Under the pieces are notes generated by a model. That model saw only the letters and a program-made list of their open reading frames with translations, searched no databases and had not been told where the DNA came from. From Longimicrobiales bacterium (GTDB lineage: Bacteria > Gemmatimonadota > Gemmatimonadetes > Longimicrobiales > Gaopeijiaceae), in assembly GCA_965226375.1 (NCBI GenBank), contig CBDDCX010000008.1:1888001-1952000 (forward strand): DNA of 64,000 nucleotides. Reading direction: 5' to 3'. Position 1 is the stretch's first letter, and each line of letters opens with the position of its first letter. Below are positions 43,049 through 53,044 of this stretch, one piece after another. A program made the position numbers and the translations under genes.

Positions 43049-43111
43049 CCATGCGCTCAAGTTATGGGTGATGCTGAGGTTGGGCGATGGATGGATGGGA
43101 CTGATGCGAGG
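43049..43111. repeat. 42-bp direct repeat, copy 3 (extended)
   Basis: CCATGCGCTCAAGTTATGGGTGATGCTGAGGTTGGGCGATGG..GACTGATGCGAGG. Confidence 0.95.
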
Positions 43112-43182
43112 GCGCTAGTTCTCCAGTTTGCCGACGATCATCACGCCTTCCACGAATACGTGAGGCCTAGGAGCGGAGCGGG

Positions 43183-43497
43183 TCAGTTTCTGCGAGCCAA
43201 GTCAAAGAAGTCGAAGATCGCTTGTACGTTGTCGCGATCACTTGCGATGATTGATATGTGGTCCCCGCCTGGGATTTCAATGTATCGGTAAGTCATCCCG
43301 AGCTCTGCCATCTTGGCGACCCAGGTGCGGCTGATCTCGGTCAGCGACATCAGCCCGCTGAGCGGGCTCTGCCGCCGGAAGAGTCGGTCACCCGAGTCCC
43401 CTCCCGCTACCGCCCAGTTCCCGCCCTCACCGAGCTCACGCTCGATGGCGTAGCGGCCTTCCAGGGCTGCGTTCAGGCGGGCGACTGGATCAGACAT
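43183..43497 (-). pseudogene. Chimera: kinase N-terminal stub fused to alpha/beta-hydrolase C-terminus
   Basis: MSDPVARLNAALEGRYAIERELGEGG then ...YIEIPGGDHISI...IFDFF. Confidence 0.75.
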
Positions 43498-43500
43498 CAG

Positions 43501-43606
43501 TTAGCGCTTCACGAACATCAAGTTTCGCAGCCTGTCCGTGTCGACTGCGAACCCGACGACTCTACCCTGAGCGTCGCGGGAAAACGTGAACGTCCAATAT
43601 CCGATT
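43501..43606 (-). pseudogene. C-terminal remnant, probably of a serine hydrolase
   Basis: WTFTFSRDAQGRVVGFAVDTDRLRNLMFVKR*; no upstream coding part. Confidence 0.55.
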
Positions 43607-44305
43607 TCACCGGACGTTCAGTGCCTCAAGCACCTCATCGGCACCGATCTCCATTGAGTCGAGTCCCCTGATGACGTTCACCATCGCGTTGCGATGGACC
43701 TCTACTGCCGCGTATACCAGGGTCGACTTCAGTATCGTCAGAAGCTCGCCTTCCGGAATGCGCAGTCCCGCCGGAACATCTTCCGCGGGACGGGCGAGCG
43801 GCGCCAAAGAGCCAAGCTCACGCCTGAGCTCCCAGTTCGCACCACTGTACTGTAGGTCGAAGAGAACATCCAAGTGGTTTTCTAAGTTCGAGCGCCCCAA
43901 CTCGAAGTATGCCAACGCATCCATGAGCCGTGGACTTTGCACAAGAGCGAGGTCGCCGCTGGAAATCGCGCCCTCGTAGAGAGCCAACTGCGGCTCCCAG
44001 AAGGGCGCGCGAAAAGTCGCCGCGATTAGGACCTGTAGCGAGTCAACAAGCACAGCCGCACCGCTCCCAACAGCTTCGAGGAACGCTTCCGTCTTCGCAA
44101 GGTTTCCCTGAGCCGTTTCGATACTCTCCGAGATGTGCCGGAGAGTCTCCTCGAAGTCGCCGCGGAGTGCTTCTCTAAGTTCCTCCCGCTCCGCCGCTTC
44201 TTGCCTCCCGTCCCACCACGCCTGAATCCCAAACGCCATCAGAATCGACGCCACGATCACCACGCCTTCCACGAAGACGCGAAGCCAAGGGACCTGACGG
44301 TTCAA
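43607..44305 (-). CDS. Hypothetical membrane-anchored protein (separate gene, fused in the ORF track)
   Basis: TTG start overlapping the kinase stop; WLRVFVEGVVIVASILMAFGIQAWWD. Confidence 0.75.
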   Translation of the reverse strand: MNRQVPWLRVFVEGVVIVASILMAFGIQAWWDGRQEAAEREELREALRGDFEETLRHISESIETAQGNLAKTEAFLEAVGSGAAVLVDSLQVLIAATFRAPFWEPQLALYEGAISSGDLALVQSPRLMDALAYFELGRSNLENHLDVLFDLQYSGANWELRRELGSLAPLARPAEDVPAGLRIPEGELLTILKSTLVYAAVEVHRNAMVNVIRGLDSMEIGADEVLEALNVR

Positions 44306-46948
44306 TTCCCCATCCGCTGGCGCAGCTCCTCGAACCAGTTCACGACCAGTTCTACGCGCATGACGAGTACGCCTCCCACCTCTGTGAGTTCTGCTCCCGG
44401 CTGGCTCACGAACAGGTACGACTCGCCGTCCGGGTGCACATCCCAGTTCGTCCGGGGGAGGCCACCTGGGTCTTGACTCCAAGCCCCCAGGAACATCTCC
44501 TCTGGCGTATCCACCGAGAACACTTCTCCGGGCGTGATCGACGCCCTCATCACGCTGCTGCCGTTCCGGTATAGATCGCCGACCCGTCGGGTGCCCAAAC
44601 GGGTTTGGTCCCGCCGCCGTTGGAGACCAGCATTCGGTCCCCAGCGTCCGGGAACGAGCGGACGTAGACCTCGGCGACGCCAACTCATCGGACGCATACG
44701 CGGCCCTGTTGCCGTCTGGCGAGATGGTTGCCATGGTCTCGTTCCAGTCGGCGCGGAGGTAGTCGGTGAAGCCTACGCTGTCACCGTCCTCGCTCATGAT
44801 GACCAGGTCCCAACCTCGATCAGTCGTTAGCTCCATAACGAGGACCTGGGTCCCGTCGAGCGACATCGACAGCGGAATCAGCCCATCGCGGCGATAAAGC
44901 TGCTCGGCCTCCTCAGACCCGTCGGCAAGCCGCCGAAAGCCGCCACCCGACATGTCACCGAAGTAGACATACCGGCCATCTCGGGACCACCAAGGAAGGC
45001 GTGACTCATCCGCCGCAAGTGACCGGTTCTCACCGGTATCGAGGTCGTACACGAAGGTCTCGTTGGCCCCTTTGTACACGATCTGCCGACCAGTGGGTGA
45101 AAAACGCGGATGCCGGAAGGAACCACCGCCGACCGCCAGAGGAGTCTCCACACCGCCCGCGTCTACGATCACAAGTTGCGCCGATGCACGGGCACCGCCC
45201 CTCGGAAGGGCGTACACCGCAGTGCCCGTCTCGGAGACTGTGAACTGCTTGGCACCGCCGCCGTAGACCAAGACCTCGGGCAGGACCGTTGCGGGCTCAC
45301 CCGTCGTCCGGTGCGTGCTGAGATCAAACGGGACAGCCATCAGTGCCTGGTCACCGTGCCCATATACCACATGTCCTGTGGAGATGTATATCGGGTTGTT
45401 CGCACTGCTTAAGCCAAGATCGGTGACAACCCCCGACACGATCTCCACCACCATCAGGGTTCTGCCCTCGCCTCCCGTTCCCTGGAAGATGATCGCCTCA
45501 CCATCCGGGAGCAGGTGAGGCCGACTGTTGCCGGGGGCGGAGAGGATGAGGGTTGGCTCGCCGCCCCCCGGGGCGACCGACGAGATGCCGCCACCCTCGT
45601 CAAATACAATCAGGTCGTCCAACCCCCAGTGGGGGTGGGTCCCCGTGGCCACAGGAAGTACGGGTCCGCCGGACGTTTCGACGCGATAGATCTCACCACC
45701 TGCGTGAAACGCCAGCCACTGCCCAGCTGGCGAGAATACCGGGTAGTTCGCGCCATCGGTTCCGGGGATCTCGCGAAACTCAACTTGATCTGCATCGCGA
45801 ATGAACAGCTTAGAAACGCCCTCCGCGGTGCTCGAAACGACGATCTGGGAGCCGTCACGAGAGATGGCCAGTCGCACCCCCGCCCCCGCTACAATCTCCA
45901 TGCCTGTAAGTCCCGTTCGGAGCGGGACACCCGGCTCGGGAGATGGCCGGAGCCAGCCCCAGGCGGCGAGCGCAGCAAGGAGAGCAGCGGTCGTCGCAAA
46001 GGCGACCGTCAGCCGCTTCCACGGGCCAGGCACCATAGTGAGCGTGGCTACCGGCTCTGGTGTCGAAGCAGTTACCGATGTCCGAGTCCGGGCCTCATAC
46101 GTGAAGCTCGGGTCCGTCAAAGCTGCCCCGAACTCCGCCGCGCTCGTGAAGCGGTCTGCTGGGAGCTTCTCTAGAGCTTGTGCGAGAGCAGCAGACACAT
46201 GCGCCGGGACGGTTCTTCGTGCCGTTGTGATAGATGGAGCATCCGCCGTCAGGATCTGGACGAGGACCGCCTGAGCGGTGGATGCCGAGAACGGCGGGTC
46301 CCCGGCGAGCATCTCGTAGAGCACGCAACCGAGCGCATAGACATCCGACCGTGGGTCCACATCCCGGTCGCCCGTGGCCTGCTCAGGGGACATGTAGTGC
46401 GGCGTGCCGAGGCTGAGGCCGGTCTCCGTGATGCGCCCCGCACCCGCCTGGGCCACGGCCAGCGCAATCCCGAAGTCGGCGACCAACGGCTCGCCCTGCT
46501 CGCTCAACAGGATGTTGCCCGGCTTGATGTCGCGGTGGACGACGCCGTTTCCGTGTGCGTAGTCGAGGGCGCTGGCGACCTTCTGCGTGATGGCCAAGGA
46601 CTCCTGCACGGCGAGTTGTTTCTCGCGGTCGATGCGCTCCCTGAGCGATTCCCCTTCGATGTGGGGCATCACGTAGAAAAGGAACGAGTCCGCCTCACCC
46701 GAATCGAACAGCGGCAGTATGTGGGGGTGCGTCAGGTTCGCCGTCGTCTCGATTTCAGCGAGAAACCTCTCAGATCCGACGACCGCTGCCAGTTCAGGCT
46801 TCAGGACCTTCAGGGCTACGTTGCGATTGTGCTTCAGGTCCTTGGCGAGGTACACCGTGGCCATCCCGCCCTCGCCGAGCTCTCGCTCGATGGCGTAGCG
46901 GCCTTCTAGGGCTGTGTTCAGGCGGGAGACGGGGTCCTGACCTGTCAT
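44302..46948 (-). pseudogene. Ser/Thr kinase with TM and TolB-like beta-propeller; two 1-bp frameshifts near 44683 and 44572
   Basis: Intact HRDIKPGN, DFG, GTPHYMSPEQ; natural end NWFEELRQRMGN* lies in another frame; the indels could be sequencing errors. Confidence 0.85.
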
Positions 46949-47105
46949 GTGCTCACGATGCGTCGCAGGTCAGCAAAACCACACGTCAGGAGAGACGAGT
47001 CTCGATTATCGTGCCGTAGTCGGTCATCAGCCCGCAGCTCGGTGGTCGCGTACTGAAGAGCTTGAAGCAACGGACGCTTGCTACCCTGACGACTCGGAGT
47101 CGATA

Positions 47106-48197
47106 TCATCTCTGCTTCGCGCTCAGGATCAGCGAGAGGAGACGGTCGAACTGCTCGTTGTCGACCCGTGGCCCTTCCCGGTCATCCGTGTCGACCATGT
47201 GCGAAACGACGAGCTTTAGCTGCGGCACGACGGCGAGGCGTTGATTGCCGCCCAGCCCGCTCGCGCCGAACGTCCCTTCGGGGATGCCGAGCTCAGGGTA
47301 CCGCTCGGTGCGGACGGCGACGCGGAAGGTGTAGCCGAAGCCGCTCTTCGTGCCGAGCTGCCCGGCGTCCGAGTAGCTGCGTGTGCTCCTGCGAACCCAG
47401 TCCTCCGGCACGACCTGTACGCCCCGCCAGCGCCCGTCGCGCAGATAGAGGAGGCCGAACCGCGCCAGGTCCCGCACTGAGATGCGAAAGGGGTATGCGG
47501 GGTGAGCGGAGTACTTCTCCAGAACGTACCGGCCGTGTGCCGGAGAGTAGTCCTCCATGCCGATAGGTCCTGCGACGCGGCGCCCGAACGCCTCGAACAG
47601 ATCCTCTCCGGTCTTCAGCCGGAAAATCGTGCCGAGCACGTTGAAGCTCCAGTTGTTGTAATAGAAATGAGTGCCCGGTGCGTGGCTGCCCCGCTCTGGC
47701 CGCGCCTCCCGCATGGACGGCAGCTCGGCGGCCGCCGGGAGATAGACGCCGGAACGGGACTTCAGTAGGTCCTCGACGGTCGCCCTCTTCTCGGCCTTCG
47801 TGAGGGGCGTGGCCGGCTCGTCGATCCCGAGGTCACCCAGCGTTGCGCTGATGTCGATCATGCTCTGCGCCGCGTAGATCCCGTAGAGGGAGCTGAGCAT
47901 CGCCTTCCGCGTCGAATGTGTGCGGTACGGCTTCGCCACCTCTCCCCACGACGCAATCACCCAACCATCATCCACCACCATGACACCTGCGGAGCCGATC
48001 GAGTCCGCGAATGCCCGCGCCCGGGCAAGCATCTCAGAGGACCACCCGAGCGCCTCCGGCTCCGCGACGTGGTTCCACGTGCTCGCCGGGTACTCACCGT
48101 CTTCGTTGACCGGGAACGCACGTTGGGCTGAAACGGGTGTCGCGAGGATGATGGCGAGGATCGACGGGAGCCAGGCGAACCGTGGTCGTGAGCGCAT
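47106..48197 (-). CDS. Serine hydrolase, beta-lactamase-like family
   Basis: STRK, YNN and DLARFGLLYL motifs; signal peptide. Confidence 0.9.
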   Translation of the reverse strand: MRSRPRFAWLPSILAIILATPVSAQRAFPVNEDGEYPASTWNHVAEPEALGWSSEMLARARAFADSIGSAGVMVVDDGWVIASWGEVAKPYRTHSTRKAMLSSLYGIYAAQSMIDISATLGDLGIDEPATPLTKAEKRATVEDLLKSRSGVYLPAAAELPSMREARPERGSHAPGTHFYYNNWSFNVLGTIFRLKTGEDLFEAFGRRVAGPIGMEDYSPAHGRYVLEKYSAHPAYPFRISVRDLARFGLLYLRDGRWRGVQVVPEDWVRRSTRSYSDAGQLGTKSGFGYTFRVAVRTERYPELGIPEGTFGASGLGGNQRLAVVPQLKLVVSHMVDTDDREGPRVDNEQFDRLLSLILSAKQR

Positions 48198-48290
48198 TCT
48201 GGGATGCTCCGGCTAGGGGCTTGCTCTGTGCACAAAAAAGCAACGTGCGATCCCATGCATTTTCCACCAGCCCTGCAACCGGGATTGCTC

Positions 48291-48404
48291 GTGACGGAGA
48301 TCGTCGGCCAGGTAGACCGTGGCCATGCCACCTTCACCCAACTCACGCTCGATGGCGTAGCGGCCTTCTAGGGCGGCGTTCAGGCGGGAGACTGGATCAG
48401 ACAT
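48291..48404 (-). pseudogene. Ser/Thr kinase 5' stub
   Basis: MSDPVSRLNAALEGRYAIERELGEGGMATVYLADDLRHE, then unrelated sequence. Confidence 0.9.
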
Positions 48405-48532
48405 CGGGCGTTCCTCAGCATCGGAGGATCAGACTGTGGTCAACATCCTATTCACAGGTCGGCAAGCGCAAGCAGAATCCGTGTAGAGACGTGTATTTGC
48501 GTTCTGAGCGTCTTCGGGGTTTATTCGGTATC
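48405..48532 (-). repeat. Kinase leader repeat, copy 2
   Basis: Plus strand GCGTTCCTCAGCATCGGAGGATCAGAC...GTCTTCGGGGTTTATTCGGTATC. Confidence 0.9.
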
Positions 48533-48674
48533 GTGGTTAGGCTAGAAGGCTATCCTAGGCGTCTCCACGACGGGGATCGGTTTTCTGGGCGTTTTCCTCG
48601 CTCTATGCGGCATTGGGTTGGCCTCGGGTCTGATGAAACCCAAGGCTTAGGACTGATGCTTTAATTGCCCGTCT

Positions 48675-48769
48675 CGCGATTCTACTGCGCGTCAATCTGC
48701 CGACCGCAAGCGAAGCGCGCGCGAGGGATGTCTACCGCGACTGAGGCCATCGCTTGTCAGAACGCGGAC
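48675..48769 (-). repeat. Degenerate attC-like site A
   Basis: Matches 49574-49642 over ~65 bp and 50682-50730 over ~25 bp; core sites decayed. Confidence 0.6.
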
Positions 48770-48979
48770 CGGTTAGCCTGACGAGTTCTGTCCACAGCGG
48801 AAATTGGGCGCCGGGCACGCCACCCTCAGCCTCGAACTGTGCCCGAGCCTCGGCAGCGGCTTGGTTCGCGTCGCTGATCGCCGACCTACACTGGGAGACC
48901 TTTCGGAATCCGTACACCGCAGACCCAACCCACAAAGCGCTGAGGGCGTAGTCGGACCCATCCAGTCCTCGGAGGAATC

Positions 48980-49426
48980 ATGCGCTGGAGCCCCCAGAGC
49001 CCCAACAAGGCCTGCGGCACCCAACCCATGGCCGCAAAAGTGACGCATCTCGCGTTCGGGATCGCGTGCTGGAATGTCGCTTTGCTCTTTCTCGCACACG
49101 GAAGCCACGGGGAGGTGCCAGCGGCGCTGCACGGGCTGCTGGTGGCCGTTCTCGCGACACTGGGCACGGTGGCGGTCTGGGAGGCACGCGGGCTCAGTCG
49201 CGCCGTCGGCCTCTGGCTCCGCACTGGACTCATGGTGCTGGCCGGCACGTGGTTCATTCAGATCGCGTACTCATTGTACCGAATCGGATTCGATCCGGCG
49301 CGCGAAAACGGGATGGAGCGCGTGTTTCTCTACTTCTCGTGGCACGTGCTGGCGATCGGTGGCGTGCTCGCGGGAGTTAGCGCTTGGACCAGGCGGCGGC
49401 GAACTCAGCCAGGAGGTCTTGGATAG
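48980..49426 (+). CDS. Hypothetical membrane protein
   Basis: RBS GGAGG; four hydrophobic segments. Confidence 0.55.
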   Translation: MRWSPQSPNKACGTQPMAAKVTHLAFGIACWNVALLFLAHGSHGEVPAALHGLLVAVLATLGTVAVWEARGLSRAVGLWLRTGLMVLAGTWFIQIAYSLYRIGFDPARENGMERVFLYFSWHVLAIGGVLAGVSAWTRRRRTQPGGLG

Positions 49427-49573
49427 GTACTGCCGAAGACGCGCAGCCAAGAGACCTGACGGGTCAATTAGGCACCCTTGAACCGGGTGTCCACGGGGTC
49501 GTCGTATTCCTCGGCGTAGCCGTGAGGAAGCTCATCGTGGGTCCGAGCTCAAGCGTGGCGCGACCAAGATGCG

Positions 49574-49642
49574 GACCGCAAGTGAAGCGCGCGAGCGGGA
49601 TGTCTACCGCGACTGCAGCAATCGCTTGGTTAGACAGCGGAC
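49574..49642 (-). repeat. attC-like site B (R''/L'' half)
   Basis: Minus strand GTCTAAC-CAAGC-GATTGCTGCAG. Confidence 0.65.
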
Positions 49643-49944
49643 ACACGAGCCCTCCTCCACATGTCTTGGTACTGGCGCAGGAGCGAGGATAGATGACTAA
49701 GCGACGAAACGGGTTGACCAAGGCGAGCTACAACTTGCCCGCGCTAACCGGGAGACCGTGAGCCCCCCAGAAGAGGTCGTGACCAACGGACGCTGGCTTC
49801 ACGACCCAAACGAGAAACACGTGAACTCTCGCATTTTGGATCTCGCTCACTGCCTCCGTCTCGTGGACATTATAGATAGGTCCGGCGCGGGCGGATACAA
49901 ATACGGAGGGGCGGGACGCAAGTCGATACCGAGAGGCCCTGTTT

Positions 49945-50661
49945 TCAGGAGAAAACCAGATCCAGGAAATCGGTCAGGAGTCCGGAAGAGTCGGGACTCT
50001 CCCGGAACCCTGCCTCGGCGGCGGCCTGCTCGGCGGCGCTTCGAGGGCCGTAATTCGCGAGGTACCGCCGGTAGCGATCGAGGTTCGTCTGTCGGTCAAG
50101 TTCGGGGTGGAACTGGGTGGCCCAGATTGGCTTGCCGGGGATGCGCAAGGCCTGGAACGTGCAGAGCCGGCTGGATGCCAGGTGCACGACGCCGTCCGCA
50201 AGAGAGGCTGCCCGGTCCTTGTGCCCCATCTGTGCGTCGAATCGGGCGGGTAACTTGCCGAGCAGCGGATCGATCTTGCCTTGCTCGGTCAGCTCCAACT
50301 CGAACGTGCCGACCTCGGTGCTGGCCGGGTCGTAGACGAGCTCCCCACCTAGAGCCCGGACGAGGCTTTGAAAACCAAAGCACGATGCAAAGGTCGGATG
50401 GCCCAACTCGGCCACCTCACGCAGGAAGTCGAGATAGGCCTCGAAGTGCGGCAAGTTCCCTTTCGAAACGTAGAAGTCCCCGCTGCCCCCGACCATCATC
50501 GCATCGTAGCCTCGCAGGCTCGAGAGCGACGGCGGCCCCTCGCAGAGGTCGTGGGGTTCGATCGCTTCGGCGGGCAAACCGGTCCGGGCGGCGAAACACC
50601 CATGCTCGTGGACGCGCATCGGGTCGGCGGCGTTCCGGGCTTGCAGGAGCAGGATTCTCAT
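49945..50661 (-). CDS. Type 1 glutamine amidotransferase
   Basis: GGSG, ASCFGFQ nucleophile elbow, TQFHPE. Confidence 0.9.
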   Translation of the reverse strand: MRILLLQARNAADPMRVHEHGCFAARTGLPAEAIEPHDLCEGPPSLSSLRGYDAMMVGGSGDFYVSKGNLPHFEAYLDFLREVAELGHPTFASCFGFQSLVRALGGELVYDPASTEVGTFELELTEQGKIDPLLGKLPARFDAQMGHKDRAASLADGVVHLASSRLCTFQALRIPGKPIWATQFHPELDRQTNLDRYRRYLANYGPRSAAEQAAAEAGFRESPDSSGLLTDFLDLVFS

Positions 50662-50681
50662 CCCAACGGGGTAGAAAGAGG

Positions 50682-50730
50682 CGCTGTCTAACGAATTGTG
50701 ATTCTGCTGCGCGTCCAAACCCGACACGCG
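50682..50730 (-). repeat. attC-like site C (L'/R' half)
   Basis: Minus strand GCAGCAGAATCACAATTC-GTTAGAC, ending ~25 bp before the GATase start. Confidence 0.65.
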
Positions 50731-50734
50731 GATA

Positions 50735-50819
50735 TTGCCATCCCGCCCTCGCCCAACTCGCGCTCGATGGCGTAGCGACCTTTGAGGGCGGTGTTGAGAC
50801 GGGCGACGGGATCGGACAT
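50735..50819 (-). pseudogene. Ser/Thr kinase 5' stub
   Basis: MSDPVARLNTALKGRYAIERELGEGGMA, then joins the attC half. Confidence 0.9.
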
Positions 50820-50946
50820 CAAGCGTTCCTCAGCATCGGAGGATCAGACCGAGGTGAACATCCGAGCACGGTCCGGTAGGCGCAAGCAGAAGCCCGGCAA
50901 ACGCTTATATTCGCGTTCTGAGAGTCTTCGGGGTTTATTCGGTATC
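50820..50946 (-). repeat. Kinase leader repeat, copy 3
   Basis: Near-identical ends to 48405-48532. Confidence 0.9.
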
Positions 50947-51045
50947 CAGGGTAGGCTGGAGAGTTGTCGTGGCTTAGAATTGCCGTTCTCGGTTCGCTCA
51001 CCGGAACGAGCGTCGTGCACAGACTCAATCACCCAGTCCGAGTCA

Positions 51046-52945
51046 ATCGGGATAGGGGAGGACCGGCGATCCCGGTCCTTCCCCTCCCACACCACCAGGC
51101 ATGCGGGTCCGCACCTGGCGGTTCGGTGAGTTGAGGTCAGTACGGCGTGAGCCGGGGCACACCCAGCTCGTCGAAGTACGCCCCTGGCAAGGCCGTGTGC
51201 AGGGCGTGGTGCGCGGCCACGTGCCACCAGCTTCGCGCGAACCGAGCAGCTCGCCAGGCGAGGTTCTCGCTCACACCGCGAGCCCTCAACTCCCGGTACG
51301 CTGTCCTTCCCCGTTTCCACTGGCGTAATTGCAACGTACGCAGCCGGCGGTGGATCCATTGGTCCAGGTCTCGGAAAACCCCCGGTGTATCCGCTAAGCC
51401 GAAGTATGCCTTCCACCCCAGCACGTAGCGCCGTAGCTCTTCCGCCACCTGTTGCAGGCTCCGCCCGCCACTCCGGCTTGTAATCTGCCGGACTCGCTCC
51501 TTGAACTTCGTCAGGGCCTTCTTGCTGACCCGGCGCTTCACGACCTTCCCTGCCGCTACCCAGAAGCTGTAGCCCAGGAACTGTCGATCCCACACTCGCG
51601 CCACCGCGCTCTTTTCCTCGTTGACCTGAAGCCGAAGTTTCCCGTACAAGTGCCTCAGCGCCTGCATCACACGTTGTCCTGCCCGCCTCGACCGCACGTA
51701 TACATTGCAGTCATCGGCGTACCGGACAAACGCGTGTCCGCGTAGCTCCAACTCCTTGTCCACTTCGTCCAGGAGCACGTTCGCCAGCAACGGCGACAAC
51801 GGTCCGCCCTGAGGCGTCCCCATGTGCCGCTCCATCACCACCCCGTTCGCCATGACTCCGGCTTCCAGGTAGCGACGGAGGATCCGCAGCATCGCCTTAT
51901 CCTCGATCCGCTTTGCCAGCCGCCCCATCAGCACGTCGTGGTTCACCCGGTCGAAAAACTTCTCCAGGTCCACATCCACCACCCATCGTCTCCCTTCCTG
52001 GATGTATTGCTGCGCTTCGCGCACCGCATCGTGTGCTCGGCGCCCAGGCCGGAAGCCGTGGCTGTGCCGACTGAACGTCGGGTCGAACCTCGGTTGCAGC
52101 ACCTGCAGGATGGCTTGTTGGATGAACCGGTCCAGCACGGTCGGAATCCCCAACTCCCGGACCCCTCCCCCACTCTTCGGTATCTCCTGCCTTCGTACCG
52201 GCTTCGGTTGGTAGGTCCCCGCCAGCAACCGCTGTCGGATCTCCCCCCAGTGCCTGCGCAAGTACTCTGGCAGCTCCTCCACGCTCATCCCGTCGATGCC
52301 CGGACTGCCCTTATTCTGCCGCACGCGTTTCAACGCTCCTACGAGGTTGGCACGCCCGACCACCTCCTCCATCAGGAGATGCTCGCTTCCTGAGCGCTCG
52401 TCTCCATGGGCCACCGTTCCGGCTTCGCCACTCCCCTCTACCTTCGGGGCTTCACCCCTATCCTCCAGCGGGAGCTCCAGTTGCCTGGACTCCTGGCGCA
52501 TGGCCTTCTCGAGATCCACGGTCGTCACACTCTCCTCTCCGTTCGGCCCTTCGTCCGACAAAGCTGGGTCCAAGCGCATCATGCACTTCGTCGGCCTACT
52601 ATGGCCTCTGCTGACTTCTCGCTCCGCCGGCAGGCCCAACAGCGCAATGCCGGCGTCGCCCTTTCAGGCGTCAGGCGAGACCTCCCCGGGTAAGAACGAT
52701 GACCTTCCCCGCACAATCGCCGGATCTACGCCGCTTCCCCTTGGTCGCAGGAGCTTCGCGGTCAGTGGTCCGCTCGCCCCGGTCCGCAGCACCTCGTATC
52801 CGGTTCCTGTTCGTCGACTCACGGGTTCGTTTCACGCTTCGTTCAGCGTACGCCTCACGACGAACGCCTTGCGCTTCCCTTCGGTCCCTGCGACCAGGTT
52901 CCGGGAGGACTTTCACCTCCAAGTCATCGCCCATGCCGGGCCCAC
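51046..52945 (-). mobile_element. Group IIC intron (complete)
   Basis: 5' GTGGGCCCGGCATGGG; DV GAACCGCC..GGTGG with CGC triad; DVI ending CCTATCCCGAT; sits just after an intrinsic terminator. Confidence 0.93.
51137..52528 (-). CDS. ltrA: Group II intron reverse transcriptase/maturase (no En domain)
   Basis: RELGIPTVLDR, DLEKFFD, GTPQGGPLSP, RYADD and GWKAYF motifs. Confidence 0.97.
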   Translation of the reverse strand: MTTVDLEKAMRQESRQLELPLEDRGEAPKVEGSGEAGTVAHGDERSGSEHLLMEEVVGRANLVGALKRVRQNKGSPGIDGMSVEELPEYLRRHWGEIRQRLLAGTYQPKPVRRQEIPKSGGGVRELGIPTVLDRFIQQAILQVLQPRFDPTFSRHSHGFRPGRRAHDAVREAQQYIQEGRRWVVDVDLEKFFDRVNHDVLMGRLAKRIEDKAMLRILRRYLEAGVMANGVVMERHMGTPQGGPLSPLLANVLLDEVDKELELRGHAFVRYADDCNVYVRSRRAGQRVMQALRHLYGKLRLQVNEEKSAVARVWDRQFLGYSFWVAAGKVVKRRVSKKALTKFKERVRQITSRSGGRSLQQVAEELRRYVLGWKAYFGLADTPGVFRDLDQWIHRRLRTLQLRQWKRGRTAYRELRARGVSENLAWRAARFARSWWHVAAHHALHTALPGAYFDELGVPRLTPY

Positions 52946-52950
52946 CACTT

Positions 52951-52984
52951 AAAAAAAGGAGCCATCCTAGACCACGATGGCTCC
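52951..52984 (-). terminator. Rho-independent terminator (intron target)
   Basis: GGAGCCATC-N9-GATGGCTCC followed by T7. Confidence 0.85.
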
Positions 52985-53044
52985 CCTTCTCGTAACCCAA
53001 AACTGTAACCCATCAAGGTTCAGTTTTTGTTACCCATCAGGGTT

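Noticed and set aside
37138..43111. 42-bp repeats as a CRISPR array
   Set aside because: Spacers are gene-sized, there are only three copies, and no cas genes are present.
50950..51045. tRNA at the intron 3' flank
   Set aside because: No cloverleaf, TTCGA T-loop or CCA end.
51137..52528. RT as retron, DGR or defence RT
   Set aside because: Has maturase domain, DV/DVI and IIC boundaries; no TR/VR pair or msr-msd seen.
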